From Macrostomum lignano (lineage: Eukaryota): DNA of 64,000 bases. The translations under genes and the position numbers were made by a program. Positions 1-12,546 of the stretch are shown here, piece after piece. Numbering within the stretch: position 1 is the stretch's first letter; each line of letters opens with the position of its first letter. Location of the stretch: positions 310,001-374,000 of the forward strand of contig NIVC01000013.1 in NCBI GenBank assembly GCA_002269645.1. The letters are read 5' to 3'. The notes beneath the pieces were generated by a model. It had not been told where the DNA came from, searched no databases, and saw only the letters and a program-made list of their open reading frames with translations.

Positions 1-200
1 TCCCCAAGATAGCAAGCTTCCCCAGATAGCAAGCATCCCCCAGATAGCCAGCATCCCCCAGATAGCAAGCATCCCCAAGATAGCAAGCTTCCCCCAGATA
101 ACAAGCATCCCCCAGATAGCAAGCATCCCCCAGATAGCAAGCATCTTCCAGAGAGCAAGCTCCCCCAGATAGATAGCATCCCCAAATAGCAAGCATCCAC
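1..200. repeat. 18-bp minisatellite CCCCAGATAGCAAGCATC (family B Helitron interior)
   Basis: Direct tandem copies; also at about 5860-6145. Confidence 0.95.
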
Positions 201-289
201 CAGACAATAAGTAGCTAGTGCGACAATTTCCTTAGCATTATAGTGGCTCCTTTAAAATTCGCTTACTTTTACGTTTGAAATTGTGTATC

Positions 290-1108
290 TTTTATGTTTG
301 ACATGGTGGCTCTTTATTGTTTGACATGGTGGCTCTTTTATGTTGACATGGTGGCTCTTTTATGTTGACATGGTGGCTCTTTTATGTTTGATACGGTGCT
401 TTTCAATGTCTGACATGGTGGCTCTTCTATGTTTGACATGGTGGCTCTTTAATGTTAGACAAAGTGGCTCTTTAATGTTTGACATGGTGGCTCTTTTATG
501 TTTGACATGGTGGCTCTTTAATGTTTGACATGGTGGCTCTTTAATGTTAGACAAAGTGGCTCTTTAATGTTTGATATGATGGCTCTTTTATGTTTGACAT
601 GGTGGCTCTTTAATGTTTGACATGGTGGCTCTTTAATGTTAGACAAAGTGGCTCTTTAATGTTTTATATGATGGCTCTTTTATGTTTGACATGGTGGCTC
701 TTAAATGTTTGACATGGTGGCTCTTAAATGTTTGACATGGTGGCTCTTTAATGTTAGACAAAGTGGCTTTTTAATGTTTGACATGGTGGCTCTTTTATGT
801 TTGACATGGTGGCTCTTTAATGTTTGACATGGTGGCTCTTTAATGTTCGAAATGGTGGCTCTTTTATGTTTGACATGGTCGCTCTTTTATGTTTGACATG
901 GTGGCTCTTTACTGTTTGAAATGGTGGCTCTTTAATGTTCGAAATGGTGGCTCTTTTATGTTTGACATGGTGGCTCTTTTAGGTTTGACATGATGGCACT
1001 TTTATGTTTTGACATAGTGGCTCTTTAATGTTTGACATGGTAGCTCTTAAATGTTTGACATGGTAGCTCTTAAATGCTTGACATGGTGGCTCTTCTATGT
1101 TTGACATT
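290..1108. repeat. 23-bp minisatellite GACATGGTGGCTCTTTAATGTTT (family B)
   Basis: Tandem copies with point variants. Confidence 0.95.
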
Positions 1109-1165
1109 GCGCTTCTACCAGGTATTATGTTTAGCAGTTTTGTTGTGTTTTTAAGGTGTTTTGAT

Positions 1166-1245
1166 AAAAAAATCCTTTTGCAGTACTAAGATTCGAACCC
1201 AGGTCGCTACATTAGCATTCCATTCTGTTCGCATCTTGGCTATCT
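1166..1245 (-). promoter_or_regulatory. tRNA-like Pol III A/B-box cassette inside Helitron unit (one per unit)
   Basis: Minus strand TAGCCAAGATGC ... TGCTAA ... GGTTCGAATC then a T7 run. Homologous cassettes at about 5170-5222, 8770-8820, 11968-12020, 15211-15263 and 19674-19726. Confidence 0.5.
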
Positions 1246-1960
1246 CTTTTCAATTGGAGAACATGAATTGTGGCCCTTATAATTCAATTCTTACTGCAAG
1301 TCAATTGAAGTAAAAAGTTATGACATAATCAATTTCTCAGTCAGCCAGTATCAGTCTCAATTTGAGTTAGCAATATTGGTTACGCAATTTAAATCAAGTC
1401 GTGTGTGCATTTCTTCGGCACTGTTTTCAACTTGTTGTGATGCAATCTTTATCACAATCGGAATTCAGCCAGTCAGCTTTTTCTCTAGCATTCTTACAAT
1501 GCATTTCAAGTCGAAATTTTGCTTGACCTTTGCAAGAAAGCATGTTTTTCGAATATTTAATCCCTTTCACATTGAGCAATTTCTTAGCTAAGATGCATGT
1601 ACCGTCCCAGAAAAATTTCTGATCGAATGGTGCAAGTTTGAAGAAAATCGGTTGAGCCGTTTTTTCTGAAATCAATCGCATACCCATATACATACATACA
1701 TACATACATACAGACAACTCATTTTTAGGATATAGGACTAGCAATCTACGCCCCCCGTTGGGGAGCCAAAGAAATGCAATACACGTTTTTTTAATAAGCT
1801 ACATGTATCCTTGAAATCTTAAAAAATCTCCTGTCAAACCTTGTAAGCCTTGACATGTCAGTTATCCCCCCCACAAGCTTTAACATATCAACTTCCCCCC
1901 TTGACATCTCAGCAATGCCCCCAATAAGCCTTGGAAATCTAAAAATATCTGTCAACCTTC

Positions 1961-2026
1961 TAACCCTAACCCTAGCCTAACCCTAGCCCTAACCCTAACC
2001 TAACCCTAACCCTAACCTAACCCTAA
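1961..2026. repeat. Interstitial telomere-like (CCCTAA)n tract inside family A Helitron
   Basis: taaccctaaccctagcctaaccc...; shorter copies at 12770-12795 and 16018-16043. Confidence 0.9.
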
Positions 2027-2874
2027 AGCATTGAAATTTCAGTAATTCTCTCTAAGAGTCATTATAGCACTACTACAGCATTATAGCGATTCCCGGCAAG
2101 CCTCGACATCGTAGGGATTCCCAAATGAATCTCTTAAATTAGACATGAAGCTTCTTTTATTTTTTACATTACGCTTTTTTTATCAGCGATCCCTCCCCTG
2201 AGGAGGCATCAAATAATGTAATAAAAAGTTTTCAATAAACTACATGTAGCTTCTGACTTTAGCCTTGAAATCTCATTTATACCCTCGTGAGCCTTGACAT
2301 GTCAGCTATTCCCCCCGTAAGCCTTGACATGTCAGCAATGGCCCCCATAAACATTGAAATCTAAAAAATCCCCTGTTAACCTTGAAACCCGATAAAATAT
2401 AACCCTCAACCCACACCTGACCTAAACCTAACTTTAACCCAACCTAAAGCCTTGAAATCTCAGCAATTCTTCTCCCCTAAGCCTTGACATTTTAGTGATT
2501 CTTTCTTTAAGAATCACAGCACTATAACGATTTCCACCAAGCTTTGACATCGTAGCAATTCCCAAATGAATCTTTTAACTTTTATTTTTTACATGACTTT
2601 TCTTCTATCAGCGCCCCCCCCCGTGACATGAACTTTGAAGTAGCTTCTGACTTTTGCTTTGACATCTCAGAAACCCCCCCCCCCGTAATCTCAGTTATTC
2701 TCTGAGAGCCTTTACGTCTCAGTTTTTCTCCCCAGCACAGCACTATAGTTGCATTTAATTTTTACATGACACCCTTCATTTCTGACATGACGTTTCTTTT
2801 ATTCTACCGTGACGCTTCTTAATTTTTTAAATGACACTTTCATTAGTTTTTAAATGAGGCTTCTATGATTTTTT

Positions 2875-5100
2875 CTTGACGCTTCTATGATTTTTACATG
2901 ACGCTTCTATGATTATTTACATGACGCTTCTATGATTGTTTACATGACGCTTCTATGATTTTTTAAATGACGCTTCTATGATTGTTATATGACGCTTCTA
3001 CGATTTTTTACATGACGCTTCTATGATTTTTATATGACGCTTCTACGATTTTTTACATGACGCTTCTATGATTTTTTACATGACATTTCTATGATTTTTT
3101 ACATGACGCTTCTATGATTGTTTACATGACGCTTCTATGATTTTTTACATGACGCTTCTATGATTGTTTACATGACGCTTCTATGATTGTTTACATGACG
3201 CTTCTATGATTGTTTACATGACGCTTCTATGATTGTTTACATGACGCTTCTATGATTGTTAACATGACGCTTCTATGATTTTTTACATGACATTTCTATG
3301 ATTTTTTACATGACGCTTCTATGATTGTTTAAATGACGCTTCTATGATTTTTTACATGACGCTTCTATGATTGTTTACATGACGCTTCTATGATTTTTTA
3401 AATGACGCTTATATGATTGTTATATGACGCTTCTACGATTTTTTACATGACGCTTCTATGATTTTTTACATGACATTTCTATGATTTTTTACATGACGCT
3501 TCTATGATTGTTTACATGACGCTTCTATGATTTTTTACATGACGCTTCTATGATTGTTTACATGACGCTTCTATGATTGTTTACATGACGCTTCTATGAT
3601 TGTTTACATGACGCTTCTATGATATTTTACATGACGCTTTTATGATTGTTTAAATGACGCATCTATGATTTTTACATGGCGCTTCTATGATTGTTTACAT
3701 GACGCTTCTATGATCTTTACATGACGCTTCTATGATTTTTTACATGACGCTTCTATGATATTTTACATGCCGCTTCTATGATTGTTTACATGACGCTTCT
3801 ATGATTTTTCTATGACGCTTCTATGATTGTTTACATGACGCTTCTATGATTGTTTACATGACGCTTCTCTGATTTTTTACATGACGCTTCTATGATTTTT
3901 TACATGACGCTTCTATGATTTTTTTACATGACGCTTCTATGATTTTTACATGACGCTTCTATGATTTTTACATGACGCTTCTATGATTTTTACATGATGC
4001 TTCTATGATATTTTACATGACGCTTCTACGATTTTTTACATGACGCTTCTATGATTGTTTACATGACATTTCTATGATTTTTTACATGACGCTTCTATGA
4101 TTGTTTACATGACGCTTCTATGATTGTTTACATGACGCTTCTATGATTGTTTACATGACGCTTCTATGATTGTTTACATGACGCTTCTATGATTGTTTAC
4201 ATGACGCTTCTATGATTGTTTACATGACGCTTCTATGATTGTTTACATGACGCTTCTATGATTGTTAACATGACGCTTCTATGATTTTTTACATGACGCT
4301 TCTATGATTGTTTACATGACGCTTCTATGATGGTTTACATGACGCTTCTATGATATTTTACATGACGCGTCTATGATTGTTTAAATGACGCATCTATGAT
4401 TTTTTAAATGACGCTTCTATGATTGTTTAAATGACGCATCTATGATTTTTATATGACGCTTCTATGATTTTTTAAATGACGCATCTATGATTTTTATATG
4501 ACGCTACTATGATTTTTACATGACGCTTCTATGATTGTATACATGACGCTTCTATGATATTTTACATGACGCTTCTACGATTTTTACATGACGCTTCTAT
4601 GATTGTTTACATGACGCTCCTATGATTTTTTAAATGACTCTTCTATGATTTTTTACATGACGCTTCTATGATTGTTTACATGACGCTTCTATGATTTTTT
4701 AAATGACGCTTCTATGATTGTTATATGACGCTTCTACGATTTTTTACATGACGCTTCTATGATTTTTATATGACGCTTCTACGATTTTTCACATGACGCT
4801 TCTATGATTGTTTACATGACATTTCTATGATTTTTTACATGACGCTTCTATGATTGTTTACATGACGCTTCTATGATTGTTTACATGACGCTTCTATGAT
4901 TGTTTACATGACGCTTCTATGATTGTTTACATGACGCTTCTATGATTGTTTACATGACGCTTCTATGATTGTTTACATGACGCTTCTATGATTGTTAACA
5001 TGACGCTTCTATGATTTTTTACATGACGCTTCTATGATTGTTTACATGACGCTTCTATGATGGTTTACATGACGCTTCTATGATATTTTACATGACGCTT
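2875..5100. repeat. 22-23-bp minisatellite ACATGACGCTTCTATGATTGTTT (family A)
   Basis: Roughly 100 tandem copies. Confidence 0.97.
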
Positions 5101-5859
5101 CTTTTTAAAAAGTCTTTTAGTTTTCCTGACGTTGAAAAGCTTTAATTAAAAAAATTATACTCTATGAAAATTCGAACCATCGTCGCTGCATTTAGCAGTT
5201 CAGTTTGTTCACCTCTAGGCTAGCTCTCATCGTTTTGATAACATCAAATTTAGCACTTATATTTAAAATCCAAGCATAGAGTAAATCACACGAAGCAGTT
5301 ATGACATAATTAGTTTCTCAGTCAGTCAGTATCAGTTAACAATATGGTTACGCAATTTAAATCAAGTCTGGTGCTACGCTTCCACACTGCATTTTCAATT
5401 CAAGTCGGAGTTACAATTCAGTTATGATGCAATCTATTTCAGAATCAGAATTCAACCAGTCAGTTTTTTCTCTAGCATTCTTACAATGCATTTCAAGTCG
5501 AAAAGTTTGCTTGACCTTTGCAAAAAAGCATGTTTTTCGAATATTTAATGCCTTTAGCATCGAGCAATTTCTTAGCCACGATGCATGTACCGTCACGGGA
5601 AAATTTCTGATCGAACAGTGCTAGTTCGAACAAAATCGGTCCAGCCATTTTTTCTCTAATCTATCACATATATATATATATATAGACATCACATTTTTAG
5701 TATATAGGACTAGCAATATTCGCCCCCCGTTGGGGGACATCTGTATAGAATCTCTGCTCTCTACAAGTAACAAAAATATAGCCAAATAAAGCATTCACAA
5801 TCACAAAGAAAACAGACAAAATACTTAAATGAAGTGCAATGCAAAAAGAAATCATCCCA

Positions 5860-6145
5860 AGACAGCAAGCATCCCCCAGATAGCAAGCATCCCCCAGATA
5901 GCTAGCATCCCCCAGATAGCAAGCATCCCCAAGATAGCAAGCTTCCCCCAGATAGCCAGCATCCCCCAGATAGCAAGCATCCCCAAGATAGCAAGCTTCC
6001 CCCAGATAGCAAGCATCCCCCAGATAGCAAGCATCCCCCAGATAGCAAGCATCTTCCAGAGAGCAAGCATCCCCCAGATAGCAAGCATCTTCCAGAGAGC
6101 AAGCATCCCCCAGATAGATAGCATCCCCAAATAGCAAGCATCCAC
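5860..6145. repeat. 18-bp minisatellite CCCCAGATAGCAAGCATC
   Basis: Tandem copies; explains the IASIPQ-type pseudo-ORFs. Confidence 0.95.
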
Positions 6146-6234
6146 CAGACAATAAGTAGCTAGTGCGACAATTTCCTTAGCATTATAGCGGCTCCTTTAA
6201 AATTCGCTTACTTTTACGTTTGAAATTGTGTATC

Positions 6235-8688
6235 TTTTATGTTTGACATGGTGGCTCTTTATTGTTTGACATGGTGGCTCTTTTATGTTGACATGGTGGC
6301 TCTTTTATGTTGACATGGTGGCTCTTTTATGTTTGATACGGTGCTTTTCAATGTCTGACATGGTGGCTCTTCTATGTTTGACATGGTGGCTCTTTAATGT
6401 TAGACAAAGTGGCTTTTTATTGTTTGACATGGTGGCTCTTTTATGTTTGACATGGTGGCTCTTTAATGTTTGACATGGTGGCTCTTTAATGTTAGACAAA
6501 GTGGCTCTTTAATGTTTGATATGATGGCTCTTTTATGTTTGACATGGTGGCTCTTTAATGTTTGACATGGTGGCTCTTCTATGTTTGACATGGTGGCTCT
6601 TTATTGTTTGACACGGCGGCTCTCTAATGTTTGACAAAGTGGCTATTTAATGTTCGAAATGGTGGCTCTTTAAAGTTTGACATAAAGTCACATATATGTT
6701 TGAGATGGTGGCTCTTAAATGTCTGACATGGTGGCTCTTAAATGTTTGACATGGTGGCTCTTTAATGTTCTTCATGGTGGCTCTTTAATATTCTACATAG
6801 TGGCTCTTTTATGTTCGACATGGTGGCTTTTTAATGTTTGAAATGGTGGCTCTTTTATGTTTGACATGGTGGCTCTTTACTGTTTGAAATGGTGGCTCTT
6901 TAATGTTCTACATGGTAACTCTTTTATGTTTGATACGGTGGCTTTTTAATGTCTGACATGGTGGCTCTTTTATGTTTGACATGGTGGCTCTTCTATGTTT
7001 GACATGGTGGCTCTTTATTGTTTGACATGGTGGCTCTTTAATGTTTAACCTGGTGGCTCTTTTTATCTTTGACACGGCGGCTCTCTAATGTTTGACAAAG
7101 TGACTATTTAATGTTCGAAATAGTGGCTCTTTAAAGTTTGACATAAAGTCACATATATGTTTGACATGGTGGCTCTTAAATGTTTGACATGGTGGCTCTT
7201 AAATGTTTGACTTGGTGGCTCCTAAATGTTTGACATGGTGGCTCTTAAATGTTTGACATAATGGCTCTTTAAGGTTTGACATGGTGGCTCTTTAATGTTT
7301 GACATGGTGGCTCTTTAATGTTAGACAAAGTGGCTTTTTAATGTTTAACATGGTGGCTCTTTTATGTTTGACATGGTGGCTCTTTACTATTTAAAATGGT
7401 GGCTCATTAATGTTCGAAATGGTGGCTCTTTTAGGTTTGACATGATGACACTTTTATGTTTTGACATAGTGGCTCTTTAATGTTTGACATGGTAGCTCTT
7501 AAATGTTTGACATGGTAGCTCTTACATGTTTGACATGGTAGCTCTTTTATGTTCAACATGGTGGCTCTTTATTGTTTGACATGGTGGCTCTTTAATGTTT
7601 AACCTGGTGGCTCTTTATTGTTTGACATGGTGGCTCTTTAATGTTCTTCATGGTGGCTCTTTAATATTCTACATAGTGGCTCTTTAATGTTCTTCATGGT
7701 GGCTCTTTAATATTCTACATGGTGGCTCTTTTATGTTCGACATGGTGGCTTTTTAATGTTTAAAATGGTGGCTCTTTTATGTTTGAAATGGTGGCTCTTT
7801 TATGTTTGACATGGTGGCTCTTTACTGTTTGAAATGGTGGCTCTTTAATGTTCTACATGGTAACTCTTTTATGTTTGATACGGTGGCTTTTTAATGTCTG
7901 ACATGGTGCCTCTTTTATGTTTGACATGGTGGCTCTTCTTTGTTTGACATGGTGGCTCTTTATTGTTTGACATGGTGGCTCTTTAATGTTTGACATGGTG
8001 GCTCTTTTATGTTTGACACGGCGGCTCTCTAATGTTTAACAAAGTGGCTATTTAATGTTCGAAATAGTGGCTCTTTAAAGTTTGACATAAAGTCACATAT
8101 ATGTTTGACATGGTGGCTCTTTATTGTTTGACATGGTGGCTCTTTAATGTTTAACCTGGTGGCTCTTTGATGTTTGACACGGCGGCTCTCTAATGTTTGA
8201 CAAAGTGGTTATTTAATGTTCGAAATAGTGGCTCTTTAAAGTTTGACATAAAGTCACATATATGTTTGACATGGTGGCTCTTAAATGTTTGACATGGTGG
8301 CTCTTAAATGTTTGACATGGTGGCTCTTAAATGTTTGACATGGTGGCTCTTTAATGTTCTTCATGGTGACTCTTAAATGTTTGACATGGTGGCTCTTTAA
8401 TGTTCTTCTTGGTGGCTCTTTAATGTTCTTCATGGTGGCTCTTAAATATTCTAAATGGTGGCTCTTTTATGTTCAACATGGTGGCTTTTTAATGTTTGAA
8501 ATGGTGGCTCTTTTATGTTTGACATGGTGGCTCTTTACTGTTTGAAATGGTGGCTCTTTAATGTTCTACATGGTAACTATTTTATGTTTGATACGGTGGC
8601 TTTTTAATGTCTGACATGGTGGCTCTTTTATGTTTGACATGGTGGCTCTTCTTTGTTTGACATGGTGGCTCTTCTATGTTTGACATTG
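6235..8688. repeat. 23-bp minisatellite (family B)
   Basis: Same monomer as 290-1108, about three times longer. Confidence 0.97.
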
Positions 8689-9544
8689 CGCTTCTACCAG
8701 GTATTATGTTTAGCAGTTTTGTTGTGTTTTTAAGGTGTTTTGATAAAAAAAATCCTTTTGCACTACTAAGATTCGAACCCAGGTCGCTACATTAGCATTC
8801 CATTCTGTTCGCATCTTGGCGAAGATGCGAACTCTTTTCAATTGGAGAACATGAATTGTGGCCCTTATAATTCAATTCTTACTGCAAGTCAATTGAAGTA
8901 AAAAGTTATGACATAATCAATTTCTCAGTCAGCCAGTATCAGTCTCAATTTGAGTTAGCAATATTGGTTACGCAATTTAAATCAAGTCGTGTGTGCATTT
9001 CTTCGGCACTGTTTTTCAACTTGTTGTGATGCAATCTTTATCACAATCGGAATTCAGCCAGTCAGCTTTTTCTCTAGCATTCTTTACAATGCATTTCAAG
9101 TCGAAATTTTTGCTTGACCTTTGCAAGAAAGCATGTTTTTCGAATATTTAATCCCTTTCACATTGAGCAATTTCTTAGCTAAGATGCATGTACCGTCCCA
9201 GAAAAATTTCTGATCGAATGGTGCAAGTTTGAAGAAAATCGGTTGAGCCGTTTTTTCTGAAATCAATCGCATACCCATATACATACATACATACATACAG
9301 ACAACTCATTTTTAGTATATAGGACTAGCAATCTACGCCCCCCGTTGGGGAGCCAGAGAAATGCAATACACGTTTTTTTAATAAGCTACATGTATCCTTG
9401 AAATCTTAAAAAATCTCCTGTCAAACCTTGTAAGCCTTGACATGTCAGTAATTCCCCCCACAAGCTTTAACATATCAACTTCCTCCCTTTGACATCTCAG
9501 CAATGCCTCCAATAAGCCTTGGAAATCTAAAAATATCTGTCAAC

Positions 9545-9856
9545 NNNNNNNNNNNNNNNNNNNNNNNNNNNNNNNNNNNNNNNNNNNNNNNNNNNNNNNN
9601 NNNNNNNNNNNNNNNNNNNNNNNNNNNNNNNNNNNNNNNNNNNNNNNNNNNNNNNNNNNNNNNNNNNNNNNNNNNNNNNNNNNNNNNNNNNNNNNNNNNN
9701 NNNNNNNNNNNNNNNNNNNNNNNNNNNNNNNNNNNNNNNNNNNNNNNNNNNNNNNNNNNNNNNNNNNNNNNNNNNNNNNNNNNNNNNNNNNNNNNNNNNN
9801 NNNNNNNNNNNNNNNNNNNNNNNNNNNNNNNNNNNNNNNNNNNNNNNNNNNNNNNA
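9545..9856. other. Assembly gap (N run)
   Basis: 312 N. Confidence 1.
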
Positions 9857-10431
9857 ACCTTGAAATCTAAAAAATCCCGTTAACCTTGAACCCGATAAAA
9901 TATAACCCTCAACCAACACCTTACCTAAACCTAACTTTAACCCAACCTAAAGCCTTGAAATCTCAGCAATTCTTCTCCCCTAAGCCTTGACATTTTTAGT
10001 GATTCCTTCTTTAAGAATCACAGCACTTATAACTTTCCACCTAGCTTTTGACATCGTAGCAATTCCCAAATGAATCTTTTAACTTCGACATGACTTTTCT
10101 ATTATGTATACATAGTGCTACTTTTATTTTTTACATGACTCTTCTTCTATCAGCGCCCCCCCCCCGTGGCGAGCCAACAAAGAATGCAATAAAAAAATTG
10201 AGTAAAGTACATTAACTTTGAATTAGCTTCTGACTTTTGCTTTGACATCTCAGAACCCCACCCCCCGTAATCTCAGTTATTCTCCGTGAGCCTTTACGTC
10301 TCAGTTTTTTCTCCCAGCACAGCATTATAGCTGCATTTATTTTTACATGACACCTTCATGTCTGACATGACGCTTCTTTTATTCTACCATGATGCTTCTT
10401 AATTTTTTAAATGACACTTTTATTAGTTTTT

Positions 10432-11899
10432 ACATGACGCTTCTATGATTTTTTTACATGACGCTTCTATGATTATTTACATGACGCTTCTATGATTTTT
10501 TTACATGACGCTTCTATGATTGTTTACATGACGCTTCTCTGATTTTTACATGACGCTTCTATGATTTTTTACATGACGCTTCTATGATTGTTTACGTGAC
10601 GCTTCTATGATTTTTACATGACGCTTCTATGATTTTTTACATGACGCTTCTATGATTTTTACATGACGCTTCTATGATTGTTTACATGACGCTTCTATGA
10701 TTTTTTTTACATGACGCTTCTATGATTGTTTACACGACGCTTCTATGATTTTTACATGACGCTTCTATGATTGTTTACATGACGCTTCTATGATTTTTTA
10801 AATGACGCTTCTATGATTTTTATATGACGCTTCTACGATTTGTTACATGACGCTTCTATGATTTTTTACATGACGCTTCTATGATTTTTTATATGACGCT
10901 TCTATGATTTTTACATGACGCTTCCATGATTGTTTTACATGACGCTTCTATGATTGTTTACATGACGCTTCTATGATTTTTATATGACGCTTCTACGTTT
11001 TTTCACATGACGCTTCTATGATTGTTTACATGACGCTTCTATGATTGTTTACATGACGCTTCTATGATTGTTTACATGACGCTTCTATGATTTTTATATG
11101 ACGCTTCTACGATTTTTTACATGACGCTTCTATATGATGTTTACATGACGCTTCTATGATTTTTTATATGACGCTTCTATGATTTTTACATGACGCTTCC
11201 ATGATTGTTTACATGACGCTTCTATGATTGTTTACATGACGCTTCTATGATTTTTATATGACGCTTCTATGATTGTTTACATGACGCTTCTATGATTGTT
11301 TACATGACGCTTCTACGGTTTTTACATGACGCTTCTATGATTGTTTACATGACGCTTCTATGATTGTTTACATGACGCTTCTATGATTTTTACATGACGC
11401 TTCTATGATTTTTTACATGACGCTTCTATGATTTTTACATGACGCTTCTATGATTGTTTACACGACGCTTCTATGATTTTTACATAACGCTTCTACGATA
11501 TTTTACAAGACGCTTCTCTGATTGTTTACATGACGCTTCTATGATTTTTTACATGACGCTTCTATGCTTTTTATATGACGCTTCTACGATTTTTTACATG
11601 ACGCTTCTATGATTGTTTACATGACGCTTCTATGATTTTTAAATGACACTTCTGATTTTTATATGACACTTCTATGATTGTTTACATGACGCTTCTCTGA
11701 TTGTTTACATGACGCTTCTATGATTGTTTACATGACGCTTCTATGATTTTTTAAATGACACTTCTATGATTTTATATGACACTTCTATGATTGTTTACAT
11801 GACGCTTCTCTGATTGTTTACATGACGCTTCTATGATTGTTTACATGACGCTTCTATGATTTTTTAAATGACGCTTCTATGATTTTTACATGACGCTTC
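10432..11899. repeat. 22-23-bp minisatellite (family A)
   Basis: Tandem copies; variant order matches 13692-15141. Confidence 0.97.
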
Positions 11900-12480
11900 C
11901 TTTTAAAAAGTCTTTTAGTTTTCCTGACGTTGAAAAGCTTTAATTAAAAAAATTATACTCTATGAAAATTCGAATCATCGTCGCTGCATTTAGCAGTTCA
12001 GTTTGTTCACCTCTAGGCTAGCTCTCATCGTTTTGATAACATCAAATTTTCACTTATTTAATTCAACACTTTAAAATCCAAGCATAGAGTAAATCACACG
12101 AAGCAGTTATGACATAATCAGTTTCTCAGTCAAAACAAAATTTTCAGTATATAGGATATGGTTACGCAATTTAAATCAAGTCTGGTGCTACGCTTCCACA
12201 CTGCATTTTCAATTCAAGTCGGAGTTACAATTCAGTTATGATGCAATCTATTTCAGAATCAGAATTCAACAGTCAGTTTTTTCTCTAGCATTCTTACAAT
12301 GCATTTCAAGTCGAAAAGTTTGCTTGACCTTTGCAAAAAAGTATGTTTTTCGAATATTTAATGCCTTTAGCATCGAGCAATTTCTTAGCCACGATGCATG
12401 TACCGTCACGGGAAAATTTCTGATCGAACAGTGCAAGTTCGAACAAAATCGGTCCAGCCATTTTTTCTCTAATCGATCAC

Positions 12481-12517
<37 letters not shown>

Positions 12518-12546
12518 CACAGACAGACCATTTTTAGTATATAGGA

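Larger units (their letters stand above)
1..1737 (-). mobile_element. Helitron unit, family B (cut by window edge)
   Basis: 5' TC terminus at 1737; (CATA)n near the end; 23-bp and 18-bp internal satellites; near-identical to unit 5710-9324 apart from satellite length. Confidence 0.8.
1738..5709 (-). mobile_element. Helitron unit, family A
   Basis: CTAG at 1738-1741 with hairpin at about 1750-1765; 5' TC at 5709; internal 22-23-bp satellite and telomere-like tract. Confidence 0.8.
5710..9324 (-). mobile_element. Helitron unit, family B (complete)
   Basis: CTAG at 5710-5713 with hairpin ccccccgttggggg; 5' TC at 9324; interior differs from family A. Confidence 0.8.
9325..12546 (-). mobile_element. 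Helitron unit, family A (contains assembly gap)
   Basis: CTAG 9325-9328; 5' TC at 12546; near-identical to 12547-15793. Confidence 0.8.

Noticed and set aside
1166-1245. Functional tRNA-Ser(GCT) gene
   Set aside because: Boxes are present but I cannot fold acceptor, D and anticodon stems; treated as a tRNA-derived relic
1961-2026. True chromosome end
   Set aside because: Short, degenerate, and embedded at the same place in several Helitron units
9503-9919. ORFs spanning the N run
   Set aside because: Artefacts of the assembly gap
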